Positions 46,851 to 58,704 are shown, counted from the stretch's first letter. The stretch is 64,000 nt of DNA from Alphaproteobacteria bacterium (GCA_965219135.1 CBDCMV010000003.1:1695980-1759979), one strand, 5' to 3'. A program made the numbers and translations. Notes: generated by a model from the sequence alone, not told the origin.

Positions 46851-47352
46851 TCGCTGGGGGCCTGCTCGGATCCACGGCCGCAAGCGGCAAGCTCTGGAAC
46901 GCTGCCACGGTAGTGGGGACCATGGCGGGGCTTTTGTCGGCGGCGCTTTTCTCGGCGGCGCTCTCGACCGGCTGTCACGGCTCACACACAGCAGGCAACA
47001 CTGGAGACCCGTACGAGCGGCGGGCCCTCGCACTGGCGCAATCCTGAAACCGACAATGCAAGGGCGATCACGCAAACCCGCACCTACAGATCGGCCTACG
47101 GCGTCTACTGTCGAGAATCCAATATGACGTGACTGTCGGGTGGCGAACCGGCCCCGCGCCCACCGGGAGCGACCTGTTCGAAGCCATAACGCCTGTGATC
47201 GATTCCACTGTCCTTGCACGGACCAACGGCCCCGGCCCATCCGGTTCCAATACGTCACCAAGAGCGAGAGCTTGAGCCGAAGGCGGGCGAGGGCGGATGC
47301 CGAAGAGGGTGTTCCCGCCCGGTTCCGCATTCACGCAATCCCGGAGACCGAA

Positions 47353-49911
47353 ATGCACGACCCCGAACGCGAAATCCGCGACATCCCGCTGTCCCAACTC
47401 GAACTCTCACCGGACAATGTGCGCAAGACGCCGGCCGATGCTTCAGCCTTCACCGAGCTCAAGGCCTCGATCGCCGCCCACGGGCTGCTCGAGAACCTGA
47501 TTACCCGTTCCATGGGACCCGGCCCGGATGGCGACGCGCGCTACGCGGTGATCGCCGGCGGTCGGCGGCTTGCCGCGATGCAGGCGCTGGCCGCCGAGGG
47601 CGCGCTGGACGAGGACCACCCCGTGCCCTGCCGCATGATCGGCGGTATCGTGGCGGCCGAAGAAGTTTCGCTGGCCGAGAACACTGTCCGCGCCGCCATG
47701 CACCCGGCCGATCAGGTCGAGGCGTTCCGTCGCCTTGCCGATGCGGGCAGCACGGCAACCGCCATCGCGGCACGCTTCGGGGTCTCGGAGCGCACCGTGG
47801 AGAAGCGGCTGCGGCTCGGCAACGCCGCACCAGTGCTGCTTGAGGCCTACCGCGCGGGCGAGATCGATCTGGAAACGTTGATGGCGTTCGCCGTCACCAC
47901 GGATCATGCGCGCCAGAACGCGGTCTGGGGGACGGTGAGCCAGCAAGGCTACCGGCCCGGCGCCTGGCAGATCAAGCGCCTGCTGACCGAGGACCGGGTT
48001 TCGGCCACCTCCGCAATCGCGCGTTTCGTCGGCATCGAGGCTTACGAGGCGGCGGGCGGCAAGATCGACCGCGACCTGTTCGCCGAGGAGGACGAGCGGG
48101 GGATCTGGTTCGACGATCCCGATCTCTTGAACAAGCTCGCCATGGACAGCCTCCAGGTCGCGGCGAGGGAACTGGAGACGCGCTGGAAATGGGCCGAGGC
48201 GCGGCTCGACATGGACTGGAGCGCCACTGCGAGCTTCGGGCGGGTGCGTCCGCAACCGGCCGAGCCGACGGACGGGGAGAAGGCCGAGATCGAACGCTTG
48301 AGGATCCCCGATACCTCCGTCCTGCTGACCTTCGGCGAGAGCAACTGGAAGCCCGGCATCGCCGAGGCGGAGGACCCCGCCGGGTTCGGGCTTCTCGCTC
48401 TCTCGCGCCGGGGCTGCACGCTGCGCTGGCGCGTCCCCGGCGGGGACCCAAGCCCCGGCTATCGCCTGGTGCTGGAGCCCGCTCACTTCCTCGGCCGCGA
48501 TGCGGCGCATGTCGTCCCGGACGACAGCGCCCCCTGGTCCCATGGAACCGCGGTCACCTTCGAGGCGTCCGAGGCGCCCCACGCGGTCCGCGCTATCCTT
48601 GAGACCGCCGCGCGGCATTATCCCCTGCCGGTCACCATCGACGGCGAGGTTGTCGAGCGCCGCGCCTTCCTCGATGGCGCGCTCCATGTGGAACCATGGA
48701 AGGGCCTCGTGTTCGGGGTCTTCAAGGACAGGCATGCGGGCTACCGCGTCCCCGACGTCAACTTCCATGGCCTGACCCTGCCGGTGCGCCTGCCCCAGAT
48801 CGACGCCGTGGAAGGCGGTGCCTGGTCGGCACGGGCCGACATCGACTCCTGCCCCGATCTGGAGCTGGTCCTGCCCGCGAGAAAGGAAGCGGTGGAAACA
48901 CCGTTCCTGGAAGAGATGCGCGAAGCCGCGCGGCTTGCCGTCTACCGCGCCATGGCGCAGGCCGATCCGGCTCCGCGCGTTGCCTGGACCGACTGGCACA
49001 AGGCGAAAGAGGCGGGGATCGAGATGCCCGAGCCGCCCGCCGATCTGCGCCCCTGGCGGCCCGCCATCGCCGACACGGACTATTGGGACGAGCGGTCCGC
49101 CTTTACGGCGGTGGGTTCCGGCGCGCTGGTGATGCAGGCCGACCCCGAGCCGCCCGAGGCCCAGGCGCTTCATCGCGCCCTCGGCCCTGCCGGGCTCAAG
49201 GACGGATCGGAATGCACGCTCCGGCTGTTAGCCCCCGAGCCGCGTTTCGAGGGTTATCGCTGGTACGACGCGCTCGCGCGCGTCACCGGCATCGAAACCC
49301 TCGTCACCGTGGATGACGCCGTCCGTCCGCTGGATTACTTCACCAACCGGGAGAACGGCAGCGAGCCGGAACGGCCCGAGACCATCGTGATGCACCTGAA
49401 TGTTCTGCATCCGCCCAAGTCCCCGCGCCATTGCTTCCGTAAATACGACACCATCGCCGTCCCCGCCGATCTCGCCTTCGCGGGCGATGCCTGGTCATCG
49501 GTCCATGACGCGCTGCCCCTGATAACGGCGGACAGCGATATCGCGCCCGAGGAACTCGCCCGATTGTTGCGCGCCGCATACTTCAGTCCCAGCGACGACG
49601 CGGATGCGGACTCCTGGGAGACACAACTCACCCGCTTTGAGGAAGACGCCCTGCATATGTCGCTCAACCACCGCTCCCGGCCCACTCGCATCGCCTCCAA
49701 CGTTCGCTTCAACCCCCCCTCAGTTCGTGGTCCGGTGGAGAGCCCTCCATGCAATCGACACCGTCCGTTACGCGGCACGTCCTCGCGGCGGTTCCTGACG
49801 GCTGGCGCCTTGCAGCAACCACCGGCACGGGTCTTGGCGCCGCACCTAGGGCGTTCAGACTTGGGGGTGACTGGTCCACCGCGTCTGCGTCTAACAGTCA
49901 TTGCTATCTAA
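47353..49911 (+). pseudogene. Chimeric ORF: ParB/RepB/Spo0J-like N-terminus fused to a plasmid/ICE ATP-binding-protein-like region
   Basis: NVRKT..LKASI..HGLLENL..YAVIAGGRRL..SLAEN..R..HPAD, HTH; abrupt switch at IERLR|IPD (about 48305) to FGESNW..EDPAGFG..; the tail is the antisense of the next feature. Confidence 0.7.
49660..49901 (-). pseudogene. HGGxSTG-motif protein, truncated
   Basis: RCGAKTRAG..CKAPA....NGRCRLHGGLSTGPRT.EG; the native stop appears lost. Confidence 0.75.
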
Positions 49912-50400
49912 CCCCTTACTGCGCGCACGCGCCCGTGCGTAAGCGTCTCTGAATGTGGGGCTCTCAGTAGATAATCTGAATCGACCGGGTATACCTCGGC
50001 GCTTGGGCGGCACGGTGGGGGTTCGCGATCAGTGTTTCGGGACGGGACCCCTTTTCGAATCCCCGCCCTGTCCGCCGGCATTTGCTGGCGCCACCTCGGG
50101 GCCGCAATGTGCCAACGTGTCGTTGTCGATGGGTCGCTAAGGTCCGGTGTTGGGCTAATACCGGACCTTTGGACGCGGTTGCTGGAGAGTCCGTTCCTGA
50201 CCCGAAGCGGACGCTTTTGGTGTTCGACCTAGGCCGGATCGGCTTCAGTTTCCAGATGCTGAGTTCGCCCTTGCCGAATGTCAAAGGGATACGCCCTGCG
50301 CAAGCGGTGCACGCCGCGAGCGATTCTGTTTATCTTTGGGCCCCAAGAACCACATGAAGACATCGGTCGGAACACCGAGGCGGGATAGAGGACGCTCCGA

Positions 50401-51216
50401 ATGAAGATTGCCTCGGCGCACGGCGCCGGCATCCCCGTCGTCGGCCTGGGGACCTGGGAGCTCCGCGGCGAAGAGTGCGTCCGCTGCGTCGCCGAGGCCA
50501 TCGCGACCGGCTACCGCCATATCGACACGGCGGCCCTCTATGGCAACGAAGACCGGGTGGGTGAGGGCATCCGCGCGGCCGGCATCGCCCGCGACGAGGT
50601 GTTCATCACCACAAAATGCGCCCCGCCTGATCTCGACGATGCATCGTTCAAGTCATCGGTGGAGCGCAGCCTCAAGCTGCTCGGCGTCGACCAAGTCGAC
50701 CTCGTCCTCATTCACGCTCCTGACAAGACCCTCGGCGTCGCCGAGCAGATCGCAACGCTGAACGCGGTCAAGCGCAATGGCTGGACCCGCCACATCGGCG
50801 TTTCCAATTTCACGACAAGGTTGTTGGCCGAGGCCTGGGCGACGACCAGCGAGCCACTCGTCACCAATCAATGCGAATACCACCCTTATCTCAACCAGGA
50901 CGAGCTCATCGCCGCCTGCCGCGAGGCAGGCATGATCTTCACCGCCTACGCGCCGCTCGGCCTTCGGGTCGTCCTCGACGATCCGGTGATCTGCGAGGTC
51001 GCCAAACGCAAGGGCCGCGCGCCGGCGCAGGTCGTCCTCCGCTGGGATATCCAGCAGGACGGGATCGCGACCATCCCGAGGAGCGCAAACCCCGACCATA
51101 TCCGGTCTAACCTCGATGTCTTCGGCTTCTCGCTCGACGATGACGAGATGGCGGCGATCTCGGCGTTATCGAAGACCCGCAGGCGACGGCTCTATACAAT
51201 GCACGGTGGTGACTGA
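50401..51216 (+). CDS. Aldo/keto reductase (DkgB-like)
   Basis: GLGTW, GYRHIDTA..YGNE, FITTK, DLVLIH, IGVSNF, NQCEYHP, AQVVLRW. Confidence 0.92.
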   Translation: MKIASAHGAGIPVVGLGTWELRGEECVRCVAEAIATGYRHIDTAALYGNEDRVGEGIRAAGIARDEVFITTKCAPPDLDDASFKSSVERSLKLLGVDQVDLVLIHAPDKTLGVAEQIATLNAVKRNGWTRHIGVSNFTTRLLAEAWATTSEPLVTNQCEYHPYLNQDELIAACREAGMIFTAYAPLGLRVVLDDPVICEVAKRKGRAPAQVVLRWDIQQDGIATIPRSANPDHIRSNLDVFGFSLDDDEMAAISALSKTRRRRLYTMHGGD

Positions 51217-51726
51217 TCTAAGCTGATTGAACGGATGCTCATCTTAGAGTTGGGTCGGCACTCCTACACTGATCAGCACCTCAGCGGCCGACACTCCTGG
51301 TTCTTGTGCCCCACGTGCGATCGACGTTGCGCCACACTCTCCGCGACACCTGGTTCCAGCCGATCCCCCCGGAAGCCGAGGTGTTCATCCTGCCGCCCAT
51401 CGCCGGCGGCTAGGGCCAAGCCAACGCGGCGCCAAGCCGATCCTTGGGGACTGTCGTGAGCTTGTCCGCCATGAGACGAGAAACGGACCGCAGGCCGTTG
51501 CCCTCGCTAGGGGTGATGGGTAGTCGGAAGAGCGGCGCCTCACTGCCGGACATCGGCCACGCTGTGACAGCGATCGAGCCTCGTGCCCAGCGCTAGCCCC
51601 GAGGAAAGACGGCAAGCGAGATCGAGCGACGAGCGGTGCTGGTTAGCGGGAGCGGTGGAAAGCCTCAGGTGCGGCTCGACTTCGGGTGGTCCCTTGCATC
51701 GAGACTGTTGAGGACACTACCACCTC

Positions 51727-52038
51727 CTATTTGACGAGCTCGCTGACGTCGATCTCTTCGCCAACGAGATGGACTCGCTTGTTGGTGATCATCGGCTGGT
51801 TGGCGCTGTCGAAGCGGCGGAAGCGAGCCGAAGAGACGTGAGCATCGACTGCCGCCTGATCGGCGTAGACCTCGAATACGGCATAATGATTTGGATCGCG
51901 CGGATCGACAAAGAAGTCGATTAGAAGACAACCTTCCTCTTCGGCCAGCGTTCCCACGGCGTGATCGTGCAAAAGGGCGTCGAAGGCCTCGCGGTGGGAC
52001 GGATCGATCATGAGATCGACGTAAAAGGTTTGGCTCAT
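51727..52038 (-). CDS. Antibiotic biosynthesis monooxygenase / LsrG-like protein
   Basis: EEEGCL..D...DPN....FEVYAD..A..AH....F. Confidence 0.8.
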   Translation of the reverse strand: MSQTFYVDLMIDPSHREAFDALLHDHAVGTLAEEEGCLLIDFFVDPRDPNHYAVFEVYADQAAVDAHVSSARFRRFDSANQPMITNKRVHLVGEEIDVSELVK

Positions 52039-52261
52039 GGATATATCCCTTGATCAGGGGCCGAACACGGACCGGCACGCAGTGTGGCATTCACCGATCC
52101 GGCGAAGCAAGAACGACAGAACACCGCTGCGCGAGACAGCCGCTAGCCCCACAGGCGCCGCTGGCAACGTCGGCGCGGGCGGGAACCGACAGCCTTGCAT
52201 GCGTATATGACCGCAGCTATCGTGGCGAGCAAATAGGCAGCCAAACATAGGGGGGACTGGC

Positions 52262-53227
52262 GTGCAGCTCAGCCGCGACGAACTCATCCGCGCGTATACG
52301 ACCATGCGCACCATCCGCGACTTCGAAGAGCGCGTGCGCGTTGAGTTCGAAGCCGGCAACCTACCCGGTTTCATACATCTCTATGCCGGTGAAGAGGCCT
52401 CGGCGGTCGGCATGTGCATGCACCTCGACGACAAGGACGCCATCGCCAGCACCCATCGCGGGCACGGGCACTCGATCGCCAAGGGCTGCGACGTCAAGGG
52501 CATGATGCGCGAGCTCTACGGCAGCGCCGAGGGCATCTGCAAGGGCAAGGGCGGCTCGATGCACATCGCCGACCTCGACCGCGGCATGATGGGCGCCAAC
52601 GGCATCGTGGGCGGTGGGCCACCTCTCATCTGCGGCGCCGCTCTGACGGCCAAAACGCTTGGCACTGGAGGCGTGGCGGTCGCCTTCGTCGGCGATGGCG
52701 GATCGAATCAAGGCACGACCGCCGAATCTCTGAATCTTGCATCGGTGTGGAAGCTGCCGGCTATATTCGTCATCGAGGACAACGGCTATGGAGAGGCCAT
52801 GGCCAGTTCGTGGGCAGTGGGAGGCGATCTCGTCAAGCGCGCGGAGGGTTACGGCCTACCCGCCTGCGATGTCGACGGCACCGATTTCTTCGCGGTCCAC
52901 GATGTTGCGCGCGAGGCGGTCGAACGGGCACGCGCGGGTGAGGGGCCAAGCTTCATCCACTGCAAGGTCAATCGCTTCTACGGTCACTACGAGGGCGACC
53001 CACAGACCTATCGTGCCGACGGCGAGGTCGACCGGTTACGCCGCGATCACGATCCCCTGACCCTGTTTCGCGCTCGCGTCACCGAGGCCGGACTGCTTGA
53101 TGACGCGGCGCTGGACGCCATCGATAGCGAGGTCGGCGAGCTGATTGAGGACTCGGTTGCCGAGGCCAGCGAGGCCCCCGAGCCACCCGAGGAAGCCCTG
53201 CTTTCCGACGTCTACGTCTCGTACTAA
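52262..53227 (+). CDS. acoA: Acetoin dehydrogenase-type E1 alpha subunit (TPP-dependent)
   Basis: PGFIHLYAGEEA, STHRGHGH, KGGSMHIAD, GDGGSNQG..NGY, DVYVSY. Confidence 0.85.
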   Translation: MQLSRDELIRAYTTMRTIRDFEERVRVEFEAGNLPGFIHLYAGEEASAVGMCMHLDDKDAIASTHRGHGHSIAKGCDVKGMMRELYGSAEGICKGKGGSMHIADLDRGMMGANGIVGGGPPLICGAALTAKTLGTGGVAVAFVGDGGSNQGTTAESLNLASVWKLPAIFVIEDNGYGEAMASSWAVGGDLVKRAEGYGLPACDVDGTDFFAVHDVAREAVERARAGEGPSFIHCKVNRFYGHYEGDPQTYRADGEVDRLRRDHDPLTLFRARVTEAGLLDDAALDAIDSEVGELIEDSVAEASEAPEPPEEALLSDVYVSY

Positions 53228-53236
53228 GGAGATCCA

Positions 53237-54247
53237 ATGGCCAAGAAGTCGTACCGGCAGGCGCTAAGCGAGGCCTTGTTCGACGAGATGCGGCGCGACC
53301 CGAGGGTGGTCGTGATGGGCGAGGACATTTGCGGCGGCGCCGGCACCGGCCATGACGACGCGTGGGGCGGACCGTTGGGTGTCACCAAGAGCCTGTTGGG
53401 CGAATTCGGTCACGCCCGCGTGCTCGATACCCCGATCACCGAGAGCGCATTCATCGGCGCCGCGGCGGGCGCCGCGGCGACCGGCTTGCGGCCGGTGGCC
53501 GAGCTCATGTTCGTCGATTTCTTTGGCGTGTGCTTCGATCAGATCTTCAATCAGGCGGCCAAGTTCCGCTACATGTTCGGCGGCAAGGCGGTAACCCCGC
53601 TCGTAATCCGCACCACCTACGGCGCCGGATTTCGCGGTGCCAGCCAGCACAGCCAGAGCCTTTATCCGATCTTCACTCATATTCCCGGGCTCAAAGTCGC
53701 CATTCCGTCCTCGCCGTACGAGGCCAAGGGCCTGCTCACCCAGTCCATCCGCGACGACGACCCGATCATCTTTTTCGAGCACAAGGCCATGTACGATGAC
53801 GAGGAGGAAGTGCCGGACGAGCCCTACACCATCCCGTTCGGCGAAGCCAACCTCACCCGCGAGGGCGATGACATCACCATCGTCGCCATCGGCCGGATGG
53901 TGGGTATGGCCAACAAGGTGGCCGACCGGTTGGCCAAGGACGGGATCGAGTGCACGGTGGTTGACCCGCGCACCACATCGCCCCTGGATACCGACACGAT
54001 CGTCGAATCGGTCGAGGAAACCGGCCGCCTGGTGATTGTCGACGAGGCCTACCCGCGGTGCAACATGGCGACCGACATCTCGGCGCTCGTAAGCCAGGAG
54101 GCTTTCACGGCGCTGAAGGCGCCGATCCGGATGGTAACGCCACCGCACACACCGGTGCCCTTCGCCCCCAAGCTCGAGGACGCCTACATCCCGAGCCCCA
54201 AGAAGATCGAGGCGGCGGTGCGCGAGGTCGCAGCCCACGGGCGATAG
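53237..54247 (+). CDS. acoB: Acetoin dehydrogenase-type E1 beta subunit
   Basis: DAWGG.LGVTK, DTPITE, ELMFVDF, NQAAKFRYMFGGK, QHSQ, PHTPVPF. Confidence 0.85.
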   Translation: MAKKSYRQALSEALFDEMRRDPRVVVMGEDICGGAGTGHDDAWGGPLGVTKSLLGEFGHARVLDTPITESAFIGAAAGAAATGLRPVAELMFVDFFGVCFDQIFNQAAKFRYMFGGKAVTPLVIRTTYGAGFRGASQHSQSLYPIFTHIPGLKVAIPSSPYEAKGLLTQSIRDDDPIIFFEHKAMYDDEEEVPDEPYTIPFGEANLTREGDDITIVAIGRMVGMANKVADRLAKDGIECTVVDPRTTSPLDTDTIVESVEETGRLVIVDEAYPRCNMATDISALVSQEAFTALKAPIRMVTPPHTPVPFAPKLEDAYIPSPKKIEAAVREVAAHGR

Positions 54248-54401
54248 GCGCTCACTTCAGGCGAGGCCGACCAACTCATGAGCGGGCAACTCCTCGCTGT
54301 AGCGTCGTCGCTCATTCAGGGTCCATGGCGTGTCTAGCGCCGCCAATCCCGACGTACGTAAGAAGCAGGCGGCGGGTTTTGTTACGTCCTGAGGGAGCCG
54401 A

Positions 54402-55349
54402 CTAATCCTCCTCGGCGGCGACCTCCCGCTTGTGGGCGGCAAGCGCCATCAGCCGGCGGTCGCGCCACGCTTGGCAATCCGCGATTCTATCGAGGGGAAG
54501 CGCCGCTCGGAGCTGCGTCTCGACCGCGTCCAAAACAGGGCCCGCCCACGGCGCTGGCTCACCGCGCCCCTGCGCGAGCCCCAAATACATGGGACCGTAT
54601 CGCTCGACGTAGTCCCGAACACCGCCGGGCGCGTTGAGATCTATGGTCTCGAAGGGCCCGATGAACGACCACCTGAGCCCGATACCTTTGGCCAGCCCGC
54701 GGTCCACGTCCTCGACGCTCGCGTACCCGTTTTCGACCAGCCAAAATGCCTCCTGCAACAGCGCACCCTGCAGGCGGTTCATAATGAACCCATCGATCTC
54801 GCGCGCCATCGAGATCGGCGCTTGGCCGATGCGTTCCATGAGTGCACGCGTCCGCTGCATCGCTACTGCGTCGGTCCAAGGCGCGGGCACGAGTTCGACC
54901 GCCGGAACTAAATACGGTGGGTTGATCGGGTGGGCAACCAAGCAGCGGCTGCGACCCTTGAGGTCTTCGGTGAAGGCCGAAGGCCGGATCCCAGTGGAGG
55001 AACTCGCCAGCACCGCCTCGGCGTTCGCTTCCGCGTCGAGCCGAGCGAATACCTCGGTTTTGGCGGCGACGGTTTCGGGGACGCATTCCTGAACGTGCCT
55101 CGCGCCGTCCAGAGCCTCGCCTTGCTCGGCCGTTCCTGTGATGCGTGACCGGACTTCGTCCGCCGTTCCGCTGTCGAGGAGATCAAGCCGCTCCAGGTCG
55201 ACCAAGTTTTGATCGATCGCGCCGAGCGCTTCGGCTACCGCCTGGGGCTCGGCATCATAAAGGCGGGTCTCGCAACCGCCGCGGGCAAAGCTGATAGCCC
55301 AGGCCCGGCCTACGATTCCGGTGCCGATGATCGCGACGCGTTCGCGCAC
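54402..55349 (-). CDS. 3-hydroxyacyl-CoA dehydrogenase family (L-gulonate 3-dehydrogenase-like)
   Basis: IIGTGIVGRAW, QECVPE..K, ASSSTG, HPINPPY, GFIMNRLQ, GLRWSFIGP. Confidence 0.88.
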   Translation of the reverse strand: MRERVAIIGTGIVGRAWAISFARGGCETRLYDAEPQAVAEALGAIDQNLVDLERLDLLDSGTADEVRSRITGTAEQGEALDGARHVQECVPETVAAKTEVFARLDAEANAEAVLASSSTGIRPSAFTEDLKGRSRCLVAHPINPPYLVPAVELVPAPWTDAVAMQRTRALMERIGQAPISMAREIDGFIMNRLQGALLQEAFWLVENGYASVEDVDRGLAKGIGLRWSFIGPFETIDLNAPGGVRDYVERYGPMYLGLAQGRGEPAPWAGPVLDAVETQLRAALPLDRIADCQAWRDRRLMALAAHKREVAAEED

Positions 55350-55599
55350 GAGTGGCAGCTCACCTCTAGCCGAAGTGGCTCTCGGGCGCGATGTCCGTCG
55401 CGGCCCGCGTTCTCTGCTCCGTAGCTCCGACTCGCTCGGCCATGGATGAGCACCTTGCCTTCGGCGCGCCGCCGGTGTGCAGCGCTGCCGGTTCCATGGT
55501 AGTCGCGCAAGGAAGAAGAGGCCAGTACGTCCGAGCGCGCCCAGGAGTTGGCCGTCGAGTATTGGGAAGAGTACGTCTTGCCGTTCCAGATAGACTAAG

Positions 55600-56763
55600 G
55601 GGCACCTCTAAGAATTGGTGAGTTGTCGGAGGATATTGTTTAACCAGGCTGTCACCAGCTCCAGCCATGCCGGAGCCGAGATTTTCGGGGTCTTCCACGC
55701 TCCAATTGAGTTATTTCCGCCACAAGACCGTCCCCAGGCGGTCTCCTTCTCCGATTATCGTCACACGGCCGCCGCGAGACGCTCCAGTTGGACCAGGCGG
55801 CGCATGTTGTAGGCGAGGTTCTTCAACCCGATCCGCGCCTTCGCCCGCACCAGCCCGACACTACGCACCAGCGTCCCGCCCATGTCGTTGCTCTGGGCCC
55901 CGAAGACATGCTCGACGCGGACCCGAACCGACGAACGGGTCTTGTTGCCCTGCTTCTCGCGCTCGCTCAGCGGCTTGTTGCGGCGGCCCTTGCGATGGAT
56001 CCGGCTCCGCAACCCCTTCTCCTTCAGCACCGCCTCGATCTCCGCCGAGCGGTAAGCGCTGTCCGCCCACACACCCAAAGCCGTGTTGTCCCCATCCAGG
56101 ATATCGTCGAGGACTTGGCTGTCGTGCTCCGCCGCGTCGCTCACATGATAGCGCCGCACCAGCTTGTGCCGACGGTCCACGTTGACATGGTTCTTGTAAC
56201 CGTAATGGCTCTTGCCGTGCTTCTTAGTCCACCGCGCCTCGACATCCTTTTGGCGCCGCTTTGCCGGCTTGTCCTCCCAGCCTGCCGGCGTCTCGCCCGC
56301 CTTTATCCGCGCGTTCTCCTCGCGGCTGTTGCGCTGTTTGGGTACCGCCACAATCGAGGCGTCGATGATCTGGCCGCCCATCGCCAGATAGCCCTGATCC
56401 TTCAGGTAGCCATCGAACGTCTCGAATAAGGCCTCGATCACGCCAGCTTGCGTTAACTGTTCGCGGTACAGCCACACCGTCTTGGCGTCGGGAACCCGGC
56501 CCTCCAGACCCAACCCCAGAAATCGCATGAACGACAGGCGGTCACGGATCTGATGCTCAACTTGGTCGTCCGAGAGATTGTAGAGCGCGCACAGAATGAT
56601 CGTCTTGAACATCACAATCGCATCCCACGGCTTGCGTCCCGCCCGCGATTTACGCGCCTTGTCCGCACACCGCCACACCGCCTCAAGACGCGCGCGCAAG
56701 TCTTCCCACGGAACCACCCCGTCGATCTTCAAAAGCGGATCGTTCTTGGCGTCCGAATACCGG
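55600..56763 (-). mobile_element. IS5-family element lacking its left end
   Basis: Near-identical to 29061..30346 from about codon 11 to the right IR. Confidence 0.9.
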
Positions 56764-56927
56764 GGATCCTTCGGGCTCGGCATAGAGCGCGATATTCACT
56801 TTAACGCCAATTATTCCTTGTCAATTTACGCCGAAGCCGTGCGCGCCGCCGGGCATATCGTCGAATCCGGACCCGAACTCGAAGCCGCTGCACGCATTCT
56901 CGCCGGCCACGACGGTCGCGAAGCATG
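56764..56927 (+). pseudogene. DUF2958-like C-terminal fragment
   Basis: GSFGLGIERDIHF.A...LS.YAEA.RAAG.I resembles this plasmid/ICE family. Confidence 0.55.
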
Positions 56928-57249
56928 ATCCCGCCGCCGCGCTCGATGGCTTCGATGTTACCGGTTGACCCGATCGTGAACGGCATCCAGCACGAAACGC
57001 CCTGCCCGCGTACCCCGCGGCTTCGCACACGCGCTTCGGCGTCCTTCTTTCGTTTCCCGGCCTGTCACGAGTCTGCCGCACGAGATCTTTCCACGCCGCT
57101 CCCATCCTCTCCAACGCACGCCTCCACGCCCGGGAGAGCCCGAGCCCGGCGTCGGCGGAGCATAAGCGGGGCGCCCCAGCGGCCATCCGATCGCCACGGC
57201 CATCATCGCCATCACCCCCGAGCCATCGCCTTTATCAACGGGCTGCTAA

Positions 57250-57388
57250 GCTCGGACATACGCAGGTCCAGACAACCGCGCGCTACGCGCATCTGGCGCG
57301 CGATTCCGTCAAGGGCTCCGCTTCCAAGATCGCTGACAGCATCGGCGCGGATTTCCTGATGGGAGAATCCAAGCAGGATGCCGCGTGA
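57250..57388 (+). pseudogene. Tyrosine integrase, extreme C-terminal remnant
   Basis: LGHTQVQTTARYAHLARDSVK..ASKIADSIG. Confidence 0.75.
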
Positions 57389-57495
57389 GTGCTCTTTGCC
57401 GAACGCGGAACGGGCTGCTGCGGAAGGTCGCATGTCGTCAAGGCGGACCCGATAAATTGCTTCCCCGTACCTGACAATATGGGTAGTATGGGGCC

Positions 57496-57744
57496 GTGAA
57501 GACGACTCTCGACATCCATGACGAACTGCTGGCGCGAGCCAAGCGCCATGCCAGGGAGACGGGACGCCCGTTGCGCGCCGTGGTCGAGGACGGGCTGCGC
57601 CGCGTGCTCTTGCCCTCGACCCCGCGCCGGCGATACAAGCTTTCCGATCTGAGGGTGGGCGAGCCGGGCGCGGCCGATCCGCTGGAACGGTATTCCTGGC
57701 CCGAGTTGCGCGAGTTGATCTACGGCGATCCCGGAACCCGGTGA
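57496..57744 (+). CDS. VapB-like antitoxin
   Basis: [16 protein letters not shown]...G..L..VVEDGLR; GTGA overlap with the toxin. Confidence 0.85.
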   Translation: MKTTLDIHDELLARAKRHARETGRPLRAVVEDGLRRVLLPSTPRRRYKLSDLRVGEPGAADPLERYSWPELRELIYGDPGTR

Positions 57745-58181
57745 TCGCCGTCGATACCAACCTGCTCGTCTACGCGCATCGCCGGGAAGCGCGCCTGGGC
57801 GACGCGGCGCATGCGATCATGACCGGACTTGCCCAGGGAGACCGGGCCTGGGCGATTCCCTGGCCCTGCTGCTACGAGTTCCTGAGCGTGGTGACGAACC
57901 GCCGCATCTGGAAGGACGAAGCGACGGCACCGGAGCATGCATGGCGCCAGTTCCAGGCCTGGGCCGCGTCGCCGTCGAACCAAATGATCGGCGAGACCGA
58001 TGACTTCACGGATAATCTGCAAAGGTTCGTAAGCCGCCCCCACGTCGTCGGCGGGGTCGTTCACGATGCCCGCATCGCGGCGCTCTGCGTCGTTCACGGC
58101 GTCGAGGTGCTGCTTACCCGGGACCGCGACTTCTCGTTGTTTCCGGAACTGCGGACGCGCGATCCGTTCGAGACCGGGTAG
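57741..58181 (+). CDS. VapC/PIN-domain toxin
   Basis: [31 protein letters not shown]. Confidence 0.9.
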   Translation: MIAVDTNLLVYAHRREARLGDAAHAIMTGLAQGDRAWAIPWPCCYEFLSVVTNRRIWKDEATAPEHAWRQFQAWAASPSNQMIGETDDFTDNLQRFVSRPHVVGGVVHDARIAALCVVHGVEVLLTRDRDFSLFPELRTRDPFETG

Positions 58182-58704
58182 CGGTTCCACGCAGATCCGG
58201 AACCGGGAACCCGCTCATGGGTCTCTTCAACATTTCGTAGGAGATTTGAACGGTAGGGATTAGCGGATGTCCCGGTCTCCCGGTTCACGCAGCCGTCGAA
58301 GGCCTCGACGTTCCGCTTCTCTCGATCTCCGCCAATCCCGGGCTCCCCGCGCACTTGAGCCGGGCATGAGCTGCCAATGATTGGCGAACACTTCGAATCC
58401 AACTCCGGCGCACTCAAGAGCACGCCTGACTTTGTTGCCGGCGCGGGCCGAATGGAGGCACTGTAACGGCCGTAGCGGCGCGATCACGTGGGAATCTGCG
58501 TATGGACACAGCCATCCGTTTTCGGCAATCGCGCTCTCGCATTCTCCGGCCATTGCCCGCTCTCCATCCGTGGCCGAGGACATGCGCCGCGAGGGTGTCC
58601 TGTTTTAAGGCGATCGATTTCCAGTCCGGGACGATGCCGTTTTCCCGGAGGAACTCTTTCGCCAGCTTCATGATTTCCGCATCCTGAAAATCATGGAAGG
58701 CATG

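Noticed and set aside
46644-56763. IS5 left fragment and the left-truncated IS5 as two halves of one split or inverted element
   Set aside because: Their sequences overlap by about 90 bp and differ at some positions, so they are not complementary halves
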